From NCBI GenBank assembly GCA_044440125.1, contig JBITAJ010000022.1:64001-128000 (forward strand): DNA of 64,000 nt, given 5' to 3'. A model generated the notes under the pieces. It made no database searches and was not told where the DNA came from. It worked only from the letters and a program-made list of their open reading frames with translations. Shown piece after piece: positions 39,485-48,778 of the stretch. Every line of letters begins with the position of its first letter. Within the stretch, counting starts at the first letter, position 1. The DNA is from Sedimentisphaeraceae bacterium JB056 (GTDB lineage: Bacteria; Planctomycetota; Phycisphaerae; Sedimentisphaerales; Sedimentisphaeraceae). Made by a program: the position numbers and the translations under genes.

Positions 39485-41089
39485 TTAGGTTTTGAGCAGC
39501 TTTTTATATATATACAGCAACAGTACCAGAAGAACAAGCAAACCGGCCCACATAAGAAGTATACCAAGCTCACCGGTGCCGCCCTGATTTCTGACTATAT
39601 TCTTGGTAAGATTTCGTCCCATCATGATGAACACTATCAATATGCCTGCCGGCACTACACTTATGCCGAAAGAAGTAAGTGCATGTCCGCCCTTGAAGAG
39701 AACACCCAGTGCCGCGCCGCATAAGACAAGCAAAATGCACCCAAGACCAAGCACCATTCTTGAGTTCATCTCTACGGCCATTGCCGCCGAGGTTTCAGCA
39801 AGAAGATCGTCAAACTCAGCTTTAAGCCTCTGAAGTTTCTCCGACTCTGTAATCGGTGTCACATTCTGAATAACTTCAAGTTTGTAGCCGTCAAGGTCGT
39901 TCGAGATATCTTGCGGCGTATATATACCCCTGACGCTGTAAGATATAGGTAACCCGGTGACTCCATTCTTATCCGTCCAGACGGCATTGTCAAGAACAAG
40001 CGTCCAGCTTCCCTGCCCCCATTGGTCATTTATGTCAAGAGTGCCAGATGATGAGACCCACTTATTCAGAAGCTCATCAGGATTATCCATACTATACTCG
40101 TAAAGACTTACATCAGTAAGCGATATCACATTATCACTGCTGCCGACCTCACTCTCCGACGCTGACAGCATAACAATCTTCTGGTCGGAATTAAGCTGAT
40201 AGTACCGGCTGGAAGAATCCTCCGACCTGCGGCTAATCGCTTCAGCAAGCATCTCGCTTCGAAGCCGAACCAAAACACTGTTTGCGTAATCATCTACGGG
40301 GTTGAAAAGCAGCACATCATTCTTGATTGCCTTGAGATCGCTCAGCTTCTTGAACCTGATATTATCAAGCAGCAGAGGAGCAAACTTACCCTTTATAGGA
40401 AGTTTCTGTGAATAAATAACACCCGAAGCATCTGCCTGATAAACATCCTGGGCCACTGCGGATATGTAGTTATAGCTGTCGGTACTCTCAAAATCAACAT
40501 CAGCCTGCGATACAGAAGTAAGACTTTTAGCCTTGCCCCCCTTGGTCTGAAGAATATTGACGCCAAGCAAGACATCCTCATTCAAATCCACTTTATCTGC
40601 GAGAATATAAGTATTTGAGCCTCTGGAGCTGTCACTGAAATCATAGTAACCCTGCTTCTCGATACTCCTGAACACAATATTGCGTACGTTCGCCTTGATA
40701 TTCTGCTCTGTCTTGCTGATAAAATGCGGCACAACATAGAAATTCAAAAGCAGATTGGCCACAGACACCAGCACCGCCAGCATAAGAGCTGAAAGCATCA
40801 GGTTCAAAGTGCTCACACCGCTTGCCCTGCACGCATCAAGTTCATTATCAGAAGCAAACCTGCCATACGTCAGAGCCGCCGCAAATAATGCCGATATCGG
40901 CATCACAAACGTCAATATCACTGGTATGAAATATACTATAAGCAAAAGGGCCTGAGCCGGTGAAACACCATACTCCTGCGCAGGCTGAAGTATACTCCCA
41001 AGACTAAGCACAACCGTCAGCCCGACAGTGGCCAGTAAAAAGGTCTTCAGCAAGTCCTTGACTATGTATCTGTGTAGTGTTATTGTCAT
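39485..41089 (-). CDS. LptF/LptG-family permease
   Basis: LHRYIVKDLL start, three N-terminal TM helices, YGRFASDNELDACRASGVS, large periplasmic domain, three C-terminal TM helices. Confidence 0.85.
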   Translation of the reverse strand: MTITLHRYIVKDLLKTFLLATVGLTVVLSLGSILQPAQEYGVSPAQALLLIVYFIPVILTFVMPISALFAAALTYGRFASDNELDACRASGVSTLNLMLSALMLAVLVSVANLLLNFYVVPHFISKTEQNIKANVRNIVFRSIEKQGYYDFSDSSRGSNTYILADKVDLNEDVLLGVNILQTKGGKAKSLTSVSQADVDFESTDSYNYISAVAQDVYQADASGVIYSQKLPIKGKFAPLLLDNIRFKKLSDLKAIKNDVLLFNPVDDYANSVLVRLRSEMLAEAISRRSEDSSSRYYQLNSDQKIVMLSASESEVGSSDNVISLTDVSLYEYSMDNPDELLNKWVSSSGTLDINDQWGQGSWTLVLDNAVWTDKNGVTGLPISYSVRGIYTPQDISNDLDGYKLEVIQNVTPITESEKLQRLKAEFDDLLAETSAAMAVEMNSRMVLGLGCILLVLCGAALGVLFKGGHALTSFGISVVPAGILIVFIMMGRNLTKNIVRNQGGTGELGILLMWAGLLVLLVLLLYIYKKLLKT

Positions 41090-41101
41090 ATTCTGTGCAG
41101 A

Positions 41102-42304
41102 CTAAAGTCTTATTGTAGCGAATTTTCTCTTGCCTACTTTAAGTATCATACCATCAACAGGAGTTATCATCTCCGCCGGATTGGTCTTCTTCTCACCATC
41201 AATTGTCGCCCCGCCCTGCTTTATCAAACGCTTTGCTTCACCGCCTGTCGCTGCAAGAGAGCATTCTGTCAAAAGCTTGCTGAACATTATCTCCGCGGCA
41301 TCGATCTTGACCTCGGGAATATCGGTAGGCAGTTGCTTTTGAGCAAATATCTTGTCAAACTCATCGGCCGCGCTCTGTGCTGCATCTTCATCATAGAACT
41401 GAGCTACGATATCCTTGCCCAAAGCGACCTTGGCCTCTCTTGGATGTGTCTTGGAACCGTCTGTCAAAAGCTTTATTTTGTCCGCAGGCATATCTGTAAG
41501 CAGAGTGAAATAGTTCTCCATAAGCTCATCAGGTATACTCATCACCTTGCCGAACATATCATTAGGAGCATCTGTAACGCCGATATAATTGCCCTTGCTC
41601 TTGCTCATCTTCTGCACGCCGTCAAGACCGACGAGTATCGGCATGGTGATCACTACCTGAGGCATCTGATTGTTGGCCTTCTGAAGATCACGGCCGACAA
41701 GATTGTTGAAAGTCTGATCGGTTCCGCCAAGCTCAATATCGCTCTCAACCATAACCGAGTCATACCCCTGCATCAAGGGATACAGGAATTCATGTATGCT
41801 TATAGGGTCGCCCTTTTTGTATCTCAGCTCAAAAGTATCACGCTCAAGCATCCTGGCAACAGTCATGCTGCTGCAAAGCTTGATGGTATCAACCAGCGCA
41901 AGCTTTGAAAGCCACTCACTGTTAGGACGTACTTCCAGCTTCTCAGGGTCGGTATCAAGGATTTTACCCGCCTGATCGAAATAAGTCTGGGCGTTGGCAT
42001 CAATCTGCTCGCCGCTTAAAACAGGCCGTGTTGAGTTCTGTCCGGTAGGATCGCCGATGCGGGCCGTATAATCACCGATGATAAGGACGGCCTTATGACC
42101 TAAATCCTGAAATTGACGCAGCTTACGGAGAACCACCGTATGCCCCAGATGAATATCCGGTGCTGTTGGGTCCATGCCGAGCTTCACGCGAAGCTTCTTA
42201 CCCTTTTTTGCCGCAATCTTCAGCTTATCTTCAAGTTCCTTAACGCTGTAAATCTCTACAGTCCCGCGTTTAAGCAGTTCGACCTGCTGTGCTATATCGT
42301 TCAT
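41102..42304 (-). CDS. tyrS: Tyrosine--tRNA ligase
   Basis: [32 protein letters not shown]-terminal S4 domain. Confidence 0.98.
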   Translation of the reverse strand: MNDIAQQVELLKRGTVEIYSVKELEDKLKIAAKKGKKLRVKLGMDPTAPDIHLGHTVVLRKLRQFQDLGHKAVLIIGDYTARIGDPTGQNSTRPVLSGEQIDANAQTYFDQAGKILDTDPEKLEVRPNSEWLSKLALVDTIKLCSSMTVARMLERDTFELRYKKGDPISIHEFLYPLMQGYDSVMVESDIELGGTDQTFNNLVGRDLQKANNQMPQVVITMPILVGLDGVQKMSKSKGNYIGVTDAPNDMFGKVMSIPDELMENYFTLLTDMPADKIKLLTDGSKTHPREAKVALGKDIVAQFYDEDAAQSAADEFDKIFAQKQLPTDIPEVKIDAAEIMFSKLLTECSLAATGGEAKRLIKQGGATIDGEKKTNPAEMITPVDGMILKVGKRKFATIRL

Positions 42305-42389
42305 AAGACTCTACCCTATATCGCTTTACAATAACTTGTCATTGGCAAAACAGACAAAAGTCTATCATCGCCATAAAATCAAAGCGACA

Positions 42390-42417
42390 ATTATAACAAA
42401 CAAAACAAAACTGGCAA
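42390..42417 (-). promoter_or_regulatory. Sigma70 promoter of tyrS
   Basis: TTGCCA-16 bp-TATAAT with extended TG (TGTTATAAT), about 85 bp upstream of the tyrS start. Confidence 0.6.
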
Positions 42418-42712
42418 GTAAACCTTATTATTAATTCACAATTCCAGACTAATCGCTAATCAAGCTCAACTAACCGCTTTTTTTTATCCTACTCCTTCTC
42501 ATCCGCCACCGCCTAATATTTAAGCTTAATACTCTGCTCAATCTGACCAGTAAAAGCATCACTCAAAGGAATTTGAGTGCCACATTACTATCTCTTTCAA
42601 ATCCACACAGCTAGCTTTATTCAATGATTATTCTCCTCGTTTCTCAATTTTTTCTCCCATCCTATACACCCAAACCATCATATGAGGCACATCTCCTCTA
42701 TATATCATTCGA

Positions 42713-44494
42713 TTAAATCAAAAAACAATCATAATTGAATTTCACTTGCCCCAATTCAGAATTAGTCTGATAATCACGATTTTTTCCTGTCTTTCTTCCT
42801 TTTTCTGCAATCAGATGTAAATTGTTTTTTGCTCTGGAGCATATAACATATAGTAATTTTCTGGATACTTGCATAGCATGTTCTCTGCTTTGGTCAATAA
42901 TATCATCCCAATGAGGCAAATAACCACTCAAAAGCCCAAAAGCAATAACTGTTTCAAACTCCTCGCCTTTTATCCCTACACAAGTATTAATAACAATACC
43001 TTCAGCCTCTTTATAATAAGCCTTAAATGATTCCGTGTCATCAGGAAATACATATTCATCTTCAGTTAATCGCTCTGTCGTTCTGTCGAAAAAGGTTTTT
43101 TGCCGATTCTGCATTTCTGTATTTTCAATAACAATGCCAAGCTTTTGCATTAGCTGATCAAAACATTCTTTCAAGTAAACTAATGCCTTTTTTTTATCTG
43201 AATTAATACTATTAACCGTTTTCAGCAAAACCTTTGCCCTGTCATCTTCTTTCATAATATCATAACCAAGAAGAAGTTCAATTTCTAAGATAATTTCTTC
43301 CGCCCATCTAAGTCTGGCATGAAATAAGTTGGGTTTTGGTTCAGTCAAAAAAAGCTTTGATATTTTATACCATATATTTTCTCTCAATTTTGACATAGGA
43401 GTGATTCCTGATGCATCAAACTTAACTTGTGGAAGCATAGCTCTGAGTTTTTTGGTCATTGAAGTAATAAGCCTCCATTGCGGAACAAGGATGCAAATTT
43501 CATTTTCTGGAACTTTTTTTTCAATATTCAATTTAATAAGTCTTGCTAATTCTTCAATCAAATCATCCTTATGAATATCGGTATTAAATGTTACAACCCC
43601 TTCATTCCCTCTATTTCCACCTATGCCATTTATTTTGTATGGAGTAGATTGAAACTCACTGTAAAAATCAATTATTCTTTGATTTGTTCTGTAATTTCCA
43701 GGAAGTGACAACTCCTCTAACTCTGCATTAATCTCCTGTTTAATTTTCGAATAGGGTTTTGCAATTCCGCCTAATGAATGATAAACAGCTTGATCTGGAT
43801 CACCTGCAAAGAATACCTTTACACTGCCTTGCCCAGTTGCAATTATCTTTGAGATTATTGAATATTGCAAGTCGTGCGTATCTTGATATTCATCGACGCA
43901 TATCAATGAAAAAATATTCGATAATATCTTACTAATAATGGGGTACCCAATTAGTAATTTATGAGAGAAATAAAGCAATTGGTTAAAATCAATAGTCCTA
44001 TTTTTTAGAATTTCATTGTAGTAATCGGAAATTAAGCTTCTTTTTTTTGTATCCAGACATTCATATGTCCCATCTCTATTAAATCGTAAATTAATAGATT
44101 CATATCTCTTATAACCATATTTTTTCTTTAATATAGCCAAAAGCTCAATATTATCGGCTTCTTCGGCTACCCTGTATCCATTTTTTAATTCATCTAAGTA
44201 ACCAGAATAAGGTTTGAGTATCCATTCGAGACAGAATGAATGAATAGTACCAGTCCAGAGCTGATTCTGACATATACCCATACTGTCAACACGTTTAATT
44301 ATTTCATCAGCAGCTCGATTGGTAAATGTAATTGCTGCAATCTTCTTTTTGGAGGATTCTAATCGGTCAAGTTCATAAGCAATCTTATGCGTGATAACAC
44401 GAGTTTTACCACTACCAGGGCAAGCAGTTAATAACACATGACCACTGGCTTTCACTGCCTTAATTTGTTGTTTATTTAGATCTTTGAAAAACAT
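42713..44494 (-). CDS. gajB: UvrD-like SF1 helicase, Gabija GajB-like
   Basis: ACPGSGKT, TFTNRAA, GTIHSF, DEYQD, GDPDQ, NYR, KGEEF, LYVICSRAK; 6 bp downstream of the OLD nuclease. Confidence 0.8.
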   Translation of the reverse strand: MFFKDLNKQQIKAVKASGHVLLTACPGSGKTRVITHKIAYELDRLESSKKKIAAITFTNRAADEIIKRVDSMGICQNQLWTGTIHSFCLEWILKPYSGYLDELKNGYRVAEEADNIELLAILKKKYGYKRYESINLRFNRDGTYECLDTKKRSLISDYYNEILKNRTIDFNQLLYFSHKLLIGYPIISKILSNIFSLICVDEYQDTHDLQYSIISKIIATGQGSVKVFFAGDPDQAVYHSLGGIAKPYSKIKQEINAELEELSLPGNYRTNQRIIDFYSEFQSTPYKINGIGGNRGNEGVVTFNTDIHKDDLIEELARLIKLNIEKKVPENEICILVPQWRLITSMTKKLRAMLPQVKFDASGITPMSKLRENIWYKISKLFLTEPKPNLFHARLRWAEEIILEIELLLGYDIMKEDDRAKVLLKTVNSINSDKKKALVYLKECFDQLMQKLGIVIENTEMQNRQKTFFDRTTERLTEDEYVFPDDTESFKAYYKEAEGIVINTCVGIKGEEFETVIAFGLLSGYLPHWDDIIDQSREHAMQVSRKLLYVICSRAKNNLHLIAEKGRKTGKNRDYQTNSELGQVKFNYDCFLI

Positions 44495-44500
44495 ATCTTA

Positions 44501-46603
44501 TCAAAAAAAACAAAGTAATTCATCATCCTGAAATTTGTCTTGAAATTCATCTATAATTTCTTCTGGATTGTCTTGAATGATGCGACTAGCAATTTCTTGA
44601 TCTTTTTCCTCGCCATCTTTTAGATACTGTTTAAGTCTATAATTAACCATTTTCTCCAAAGTTTTTTTAGGTACCGATGGAACGGTAAATTTAATCGCAT
44701 TAAGTATGTATTCAGGTATATACGTATTAAATTGCAGATGCTCTTCCACATGAAGAGCAAACCAACCCTTGCCTATTTTGTTAGCAAGTTTCAAGACTTC
44801 TTTACCTTTAATTGGTATGTTGTCATTATCTATATTGGCTTTTGAATTTATCTTTTTGGCTTCTTGCTTAAAAATTTCATCAATAACTCCTTTTACTTCA
44901 AATTCATTAGAATTTTTAACAAAATCTACCTCAAAAGTATATTCCGCATAGAATGGTTTTACATACTCATTGTTCTCGTGATAAGCATTAAATTTTAATT
45001 GTCTATCTGATCCAGCCTTTTGTGATGCTCGATAATACTTTTCTTCCTTACTATCAAGAGTACTATCCTCATTTAATGGAATGAGTGACTTGTCTTGATC
45101 TGTAATAATTGCACATTGCTTACGAACTCTTTCTTTATTAAATATTTGTGCTATATTTAAGAAACCTGTACTCCCAATATTGACTATACTTACACCTATT
45201 TCATCAAACGATACACCGAATACTTTCTCAAACATAGCAGGTATGAGAATATGCTCTGCATCCCCTTCAACAAGAATAACACCTTTAGCAAAAAGCAAAT
45301 CACTTCTTGCGGTATCCAAATACCTTTCCAATCTGGTAACATCTTTCCCATCCAAACCTTTGGACGGAGAAAAAACTAATGACTCTTTGTTTCCTCTGCT
45401 CAGTATACTCATAGAGCTTATTTTACTCACAGATGATATATGAGTTGAATGTGTTGAAACAAAAACTTGTGTGTTATTATCATGAAGGTTACTAAAAAGA
45501 GTCTTTTGAATATGAGTATGGATATGAGCTTCTGGTTCTTCAATCAAAAGGAAATTTGCTACTCTATTCGATGATTTCACTCTATGATATTCAAGCAGTT
45601 TCAGTGAAAGATATATAAGATTTGCACCGCCAAGGCTTAATTCGTTTAATTTTCCTTTATATCCTGTTTCATCAGGGTCGCCAACCCAAAGACTTAATGA
45701 TTGAAAAAGCTTATCCATTTCGTTTGGTAATTCAGATTTTATCTCTATATTTGGAGCATAAGTTGAGCCTATCGCTTGCTCCAAACTTTTAGTTACACCG
45801 AAATCTATATCTTTTACTTCTTTTAAGCCAGCGATCATTGTGTTTAATGATTCAACCTGATCTAATATATTTTTCTGTTTTTCAGGTTCTACTGTTTTCT
45901 CTTGCCCTTTAAGCAAGTTTAACAAAGGATTTTTATAATTTGATCGCAAGTCACTTTCAACATCTCTTAGGGCTTTAATAAATGTGCAAGAAACCTCCGA
46001 AGGAAGAGATAACCCATTAGATGTTTTTTTACCCAAAACATCATCTAATGTATCGTCTGGGTCTGGAAATTCCATTTCATCAAAATCACCAACATACTTT
46101 TTATAATCACTATCATCTTCAAAACTAATGCTACCTCTACCGCAAAAAAACAACTCATAATCATCTATAGTGATTTTTCTACAAATATCAGTAAAGTCCT
46201 CCTTTTTTTTCGATTCTCCCTGTGAAAAATCGTAAAGTATTTTCCTAACGGCATGTTTGGGTCTAAAATATAACGAATACCTTCCTTTTTTCTCACTCGA
46301 ACTAATATCACTGCATGACTGTGCCAATAAGGCTAAGACTGGCTCACTATGATCCAATTCACTAAATTCAATGCTGATAATTATCCAATGTCCCGCCCAT
46401 TCTTCCAGCTTACGATTAAAATCACCTTCACGTAATGTTATAGATCTAGGAAGGCTGTCATCAATTAACAATCGCAAAGCAAAGAAGGCATTGGTTTTAC
46501 CTGAACCATTTTCACCAATAATGGTATTTACACCTTTACTAAATTCAAATTTCTGACATGAAAAATTACGAAAATTCCTAATTGTAAGCGAAGATATATA
46601 CAT
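44501..46603 (-). CDS. gajA: OLD-family ATP-dependent endonuclease (ABC ATPase plus TOPRIM), Gabija GajA-like
   Basis: IRNFRN, GENGSGKT, LIEEPEAHIH, STHS, TOPRIM LVEGDAE and ITDQD, TFE. Confidence 0.85.
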   Translation of the reverse strand: MYISSLTIRNFRNFSCQKFEFSKGVNTIIGENGSGKTNAFFALRLLIDDSLPRSITLREGDFNRKLEEWAGHWIIISIEFSELDHSEPVLALLAQSCSDISSSEKKGRYSLYFRPKHAVRKILYDFSQGESKKKEDFTDICRKITIDDYELFFCGRGSISFEDDSDYKKYVGDFDEMEFPDPDDTLDDVLGKKTSNGLSLPSEVSCTFIKALRDVESDLRSNYKNPLLNLLKGQEKTVEPEKQKNILDQVESLNTMIAGLKEVKDIDFGVTKSLEQAIGSTYAPNIEIKSELPNEMDKLFQSLSLWVGDPDETGYKGKLNELSLGGANLIYLSLKLLEYHRVKSSNRVANFLLIEEPEAHIHTHIQKTLFSNLHDNNTQVFVSTHSTHISSVSKISSMSILSRGNKESLVFSPSKGLDGKDVTRLERYLDTARSDLLFAKGVILVEGDAEHILIPAMFEKVFGVSFDEIGVSIVNIGSTGFLNIAQIFNKERVRKQCAIITDQDKSLIPLNEDSTLDSKEEKYYRASQKAGSDRQLKFNAYHENNEYVKPFYAEYTFEVDFVKNSNEFEVKGVIDEIFKQEAKKINSKANIDNDNIPIKGKEVLKLANKIGKGWFALHVEEHLQFNTYIPEYILNAIKFTVPSVPKKTLEKMVNYRLKQYLKDGEEKDQEIASRIIQDNPEEIIDEFQDKFQDDELLCFF

Positions 46604-46617
46604 ATTCTACTTTCCAT

Positions 46618-46657
46618 AAGACTAATTAAAGGGTCCAAAGACTAATTAAAGGGTCCA
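46618..46657. repeat. Perfect tandem duplication of a 20-mer
   Basis: AAGACTAATTAAAGGGTCCA x2, 14 bp upstream of the gajA start. Confidence 0.95.
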
Positions 46658-46802
46658 GGTCTCTTTTTCTTACTACTTAACATCATTACCAACAACCACT
46701 TACATAAAAAACACCACATACAGCTGGCACTTGCAGATAATTGTTAACTGAATAACTGACAACTGGCCTTCCTTCGTGGTAAAAAAATAAATCACCAACA
46801 AA

Positions 46803-46854
46803 CAGATAACTGTTAACTGTTAATTGATCACTGATCATTGTTAACTGATACCTG
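46803..46854. repeat. Degenerate heptamer tandem tract
   Basis: CAGATAA CTGTTAA CTGTTAA TTGATCA CTGATCA TTGTTAA CTGATAC; a shorter relative lies at about 46734-46765. Confidence 0.8.
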
Positions 46855-47004
46855 AATAAACATTCTATACTCAGGAAATATATTTACAATAAATTTCTTT
46901 GAATTTCATCCCTTACCCACCAATACCTCCCAACTTTTCCAACCTTTAACACCTTCCCCCGCAGCTAATCACTAATCACTAAACCCCCATTTTCAACTTA
47001 ACCC

Positions 47005-47123
47005 CTTCATGCCCTTCATTATCTTCATGGTAAAATAAAATCGTGAGCGATAGCGAACACCACCATTCCTAATTCCTAATTTGTAATTCGTAATTAATTA
47101 GCGTTTTAGCGTCTTAGCGTTAA
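47005..47123. repeat. Composite dispersed repeat, copy 1
   Basis: CTTCAT 9-mer tract, AAAATCGTGAGCGATAGCGAAC, then a 42-bp core identical to copy 2, then a GCGT 8-mer tract. Confidence 0.9.
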
Positions 47124-47367
47124 TCTGTCAACCATCACGGCGTAAACCATATTTTCTACTCGCTGCTATCTGCGAACCACGAACTGCTATCTATGATAAT
47201 TGCTAACCGCTAACTGATAACGGAATCCCATCTCCCCTCCGTATCCCTCCAACTCCTCTACTAACTTCTATCTTCTAACTTCTCATAAAAAATGCATAAT
47301 ACTAAATCATACAAGGCTCACTGAGTCACACGGAGGCAAGACATCAATATTATAATCCAAACTAAAA

Positions 47368-47491
47368 CTTCATTACCTTAATTATCTTCATGGTTAAAAC
47401 ATAAAAATCGCGAGCAACAGCGAACCCCTCCATTCCTAATTCCTAATTTGTAATTCGTAATTAATTAGCGTCTATTGCGTCTTTGCGTTAA
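47368..47491. repeat. Composite dispersed repeat, copy 2
   Basis: Same module order; CCATTCCTAATTCCTAATTTGTAATTCGTAATTAATTAGCGT at 47430-47471 is identical to 47063-47104. Confidence 0.9.
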
Positions 47492-47863
47492 ATCCAGCAA
47501 CATAGTGTTAAAACCCTCGATTTTTCCGAGTCCCATGAGACTTTTTCAAATTTCGCCCCGTTTTTGACCAGAAATCGTTGAAAAAAGAGCAAAAAGCGCG
47601 CGTTTGGTCGCATTTGAGACCACTTTGGGTTAAATTCAGGTCAAAAAAAGTTATACTATCTTGCTATTAGGGACAAACCAAGTGTCCAAGTTGCTTGCAT
47701 TTTCGCACAAAATCGCTCGTCCAACTTGGCCGTTTCCAAAAAAATAAAAAAAAACCACGCTCCCCACTACCAACAGTACCGCGCCCGGCAGGAAGCGGGC
47801 ATCTCCACACACAAACACCTATAATTAAAGCATTTATATCTATCTCCAACCGGCTTTGCCCAT

Positions 47864-47921
47864 AAAATCGTGAGCAAAGCGAACACCACCATTCCTAATT
47901 CTAAATTCGTAATTCTTAATT
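47864..47921. repeat. Composite dispersed repeat, copy 3 (core only)
   Basis: AAAATCGTGAGCAAAGCGAACACCACCATTCCTAATTCTAAATTCGTAATTCTTAATT. Confidence 0.85.
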
Positions 47922-48010
47922 GCTACTGCTATTAAAAAAACACAAACGCGCAAGTATCGGCAAAAGTGAAAAGTATCTGACAAAATTAGACACTAAAAAA
48001 AGGGTAAAAC

Positions 48011-48039
48011 TTGCATTTTTAAGCAATTACGCTTAATAT
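48011..48039 (+). promoter_or_regulatory. Sigma70-type promoter abutting the smpB start
   Basis: TTGCAT-17 bp-TAATAT, ending 7 nt before the ATG; no SD sequence. Confidence 0.5.
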
Positions 48040-48046
48040 ATTTCAA

Positions 48047-48517
48047 ATGGCAAAAGAAAACGACAAAAAGAGCTGGCCTCGTATAAAAAACAAAAAGGCC
48101 TGGCATAATTACGAGATACTGGATAAATTTGAAGCGGGGATTTCTCTTCAGGGAAGTGAAGTCAAATCCTTGCGTCTGGGCAATGCTGATCTTAACGCAT
48201 CCTACGCGAAAATAATGCGTAACGAATGCTATCTCGTCGGCTGCAAAATCGAGCAGTACAAGCAGGCAAGCTATAATAATCACATCACAGACCGTGACAG
48301 AAAATTATTGCTCCACTCGGCTCAGATACGCAAGCTGATCTCAAAACTCGATCAAAGAGGTTACGCGCTCATACCGCTGGCCCTCTACTTCAATGATCGC
48401 GGCCTTGTCAAGGTAGAGCTGGCATTAGCCAGAGGTAAGAAGCTTTACGACAAGCGGGATACACTGAGAAAGAAAGATCAGGCGAGAGATCTCCAACGCA
48501 GTCTCAAAAACTGGTAA
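48047..48517 (+). CDS. smpB: SsrA-binding protein
   Basis: NKKAWHNYEI, EAGISLQGSEVKSLR, RKLLLH, GKKLYDKR. Confidence 0.98.
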   Translation: MAKENDKKSWPRIKNKKAWHNYEILDKFEAGISLQGSEVKSLRLGNADLNASYAKIMRNECYLVGCKIEQYKQASYNNHITDRDRKLLLHSAQIRKLISKLDQRGYALIPLALYFNDRGLVKVELALARGKKLYDKRDTLRKKDQARDLQRSLKNW

Positions 48518-48540
48518 CATAATTACTGAAAGGATATACA

Positions 48541-48735
48541 ATGGAATGTAAAAAAGAAGCCAACAAGCAAAATTGTGCTTGTACTTATACAAGCTGCGGC
48601 AAACGAGGGGTATGTTGCGACTGTATACAATATCACTTGGCAAGCAAACAGTTGCCTGGATGCTGCTTTCCTCCGGAAGCGGAAAAGACATACGACAGAA
48701 GCTTCAAAGCTTTTGCAAAAGCCTGGAATCTTTGA
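48541..48735 (+). CDS. Small Cys-rich protein (DUF6485-like)
   Basis: CACTYTSCGKRGVCCDCIQYH...LPGCCFPPEAEKTYDRS; AAGGA RBS. Confidence 0.75.
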   Translation: MECKKEANKQNCACTYTSCGKRGVCCDCIQYHLASKQLPGCCFPPEAEKTYDRSFKAFAKAWNL

Positions 48736-48778
48736 CCAACATTACTCATAAGCCATAAGGCCGGAAAGAGGATTTAAG

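Noticed and set aside
41333..41908. 191-aa plus-strand ORF
   Set aside because: Antisense shadow of tyrS
42305..42712. T-box leader for tyrS
   Set aside because: No GGTGGNACC T-box motif, and a good promoter lies only about 85 bp upstream of the start
47667..47849. 60-aa ORF in the repeat region
   Set aside because: No RBS, TTG start and no motifs; likely spurious
47005..47921. CRISPR array interpretation of the three-copy repeat
   Set aside because: Units of 58-124 bp with spacers of several hundred bp and unequal length; no cas genes
46604..48046. tmRNA (ssrA) next to smpB
   Set aside because: No tRNA-Ala-like 5' GGGG...GATTCGAC end or T-arm/CCA 3' end recognisable on either strand
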